The notes beneath the pieces were generated by a model. It was not told the DNA's origin. It ran no database searches and saw nothing but the letters and a program-made list of their open reading frames with translations. From Girardia tigrina (lineage: Eukaryota), in NCBI GenBank assembly GCA_001938485.1, contig MQRK01253783.1, positions 4,482-58,994 on the forward strand: a stretch of 54,513 bases of DNA, read 5' to 3'. The position numbers were made by a program, and so were the translations under genes. Shown here one piece after another: positions 54,000 to 54,513 of this stretch. How positions within the stretch are numbered: position 1 is the stretch's first letter; the number at the start of each line of letters is the position of its first letter.

Positions 54000-54134
54000 T
54001 TATATATTTTTGTGCCTCGAAAGTTAATTATTTGGTCTTTTTACGCCTCTGTTTAATTAAAAAAATATCCAGATGTAAACATGTAAATAGACCTAAAAAG
54101 GAGTCGGATAATTTAGTCCGAATCCGCAGTCCTG
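54000..54134. repeat. Dispersed repeat end (CAGGGCTGCGGAGTCGG-type, hAT-like); also 46375-46481 and 34944-34991
   Basis: Three copies of GTCGG..AATTT(T)AG.CCGA.TCCGCA..CCT; two share ~80 bp upstream. Confidence 0.6.
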
Positions 54135-54513
54135 TTATAAACAACGGCATAACACTTTAAGCTGTTCAAAAAGTTTAATTTCACAAAAATAAAGTTAATG
54201 ACAAAATTGTATACAAAATGGCTAGACGATTGCATTTATTGATATTAATGATTCATTTTACGAACCATTACTTTTCAATGTAAAATAATATTTTACGCTA
54301 TTAAATTTTAGTTTTAATTGTTTGTTACATTGGAGACCACAAATATAATTCACGGCACAATTAGATGTATTGATTTTGCACTTGAAAAAATACTAATATC
54401 AATAACAGAATTTTAAAAAAAATACTAAGCACTTTTCATAATGCACTCAAAAGGACAAAATAACTTTTCTGGGTCAGAAAAGACAATTTTAGTGTACCCT
54501 CAGTTTTCAATTA

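Overview
Very AT-rich eukaryotic genomic DNA (animal-like transposon content; organism not identifiable from sequence) with three short N gaps. The host content is a tandem pair of intact 17-exon PARN-type poly(A) ribonuclease genes on the + strand (2431-21567 and 29472-46772, 538 aa each by manual splice reconstruction). Most introns are 44-65 nt, while the same few introns in both copies are filled independently by transposons. The rest is decayed mobile DNA: Ty3/Gypsy elements and solo LTRs, Tc1/mariner (DD34E, DD34D, DD37E), pogo/Tigger, hAT, MULE, a Penelope element with hammerhead motifs, an RLE-type LINE fragment, and a TIR-only Polinton-like element. Most notable: (1) mosaic paralog divergence concentrated in exons 3-4, including the predicted dimer interface; (2) apparent length-constrained splicing with base-paired ends in expanded introns; (3) a Polinton-like mini-element with phased X-box-like motifs; (4) a LINE with a ~163-bp target duplication; (5) a conserved 32-codon gag extension encoded inside Gypsy LTRs. 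All alignments were done by eye; no database searches were run.
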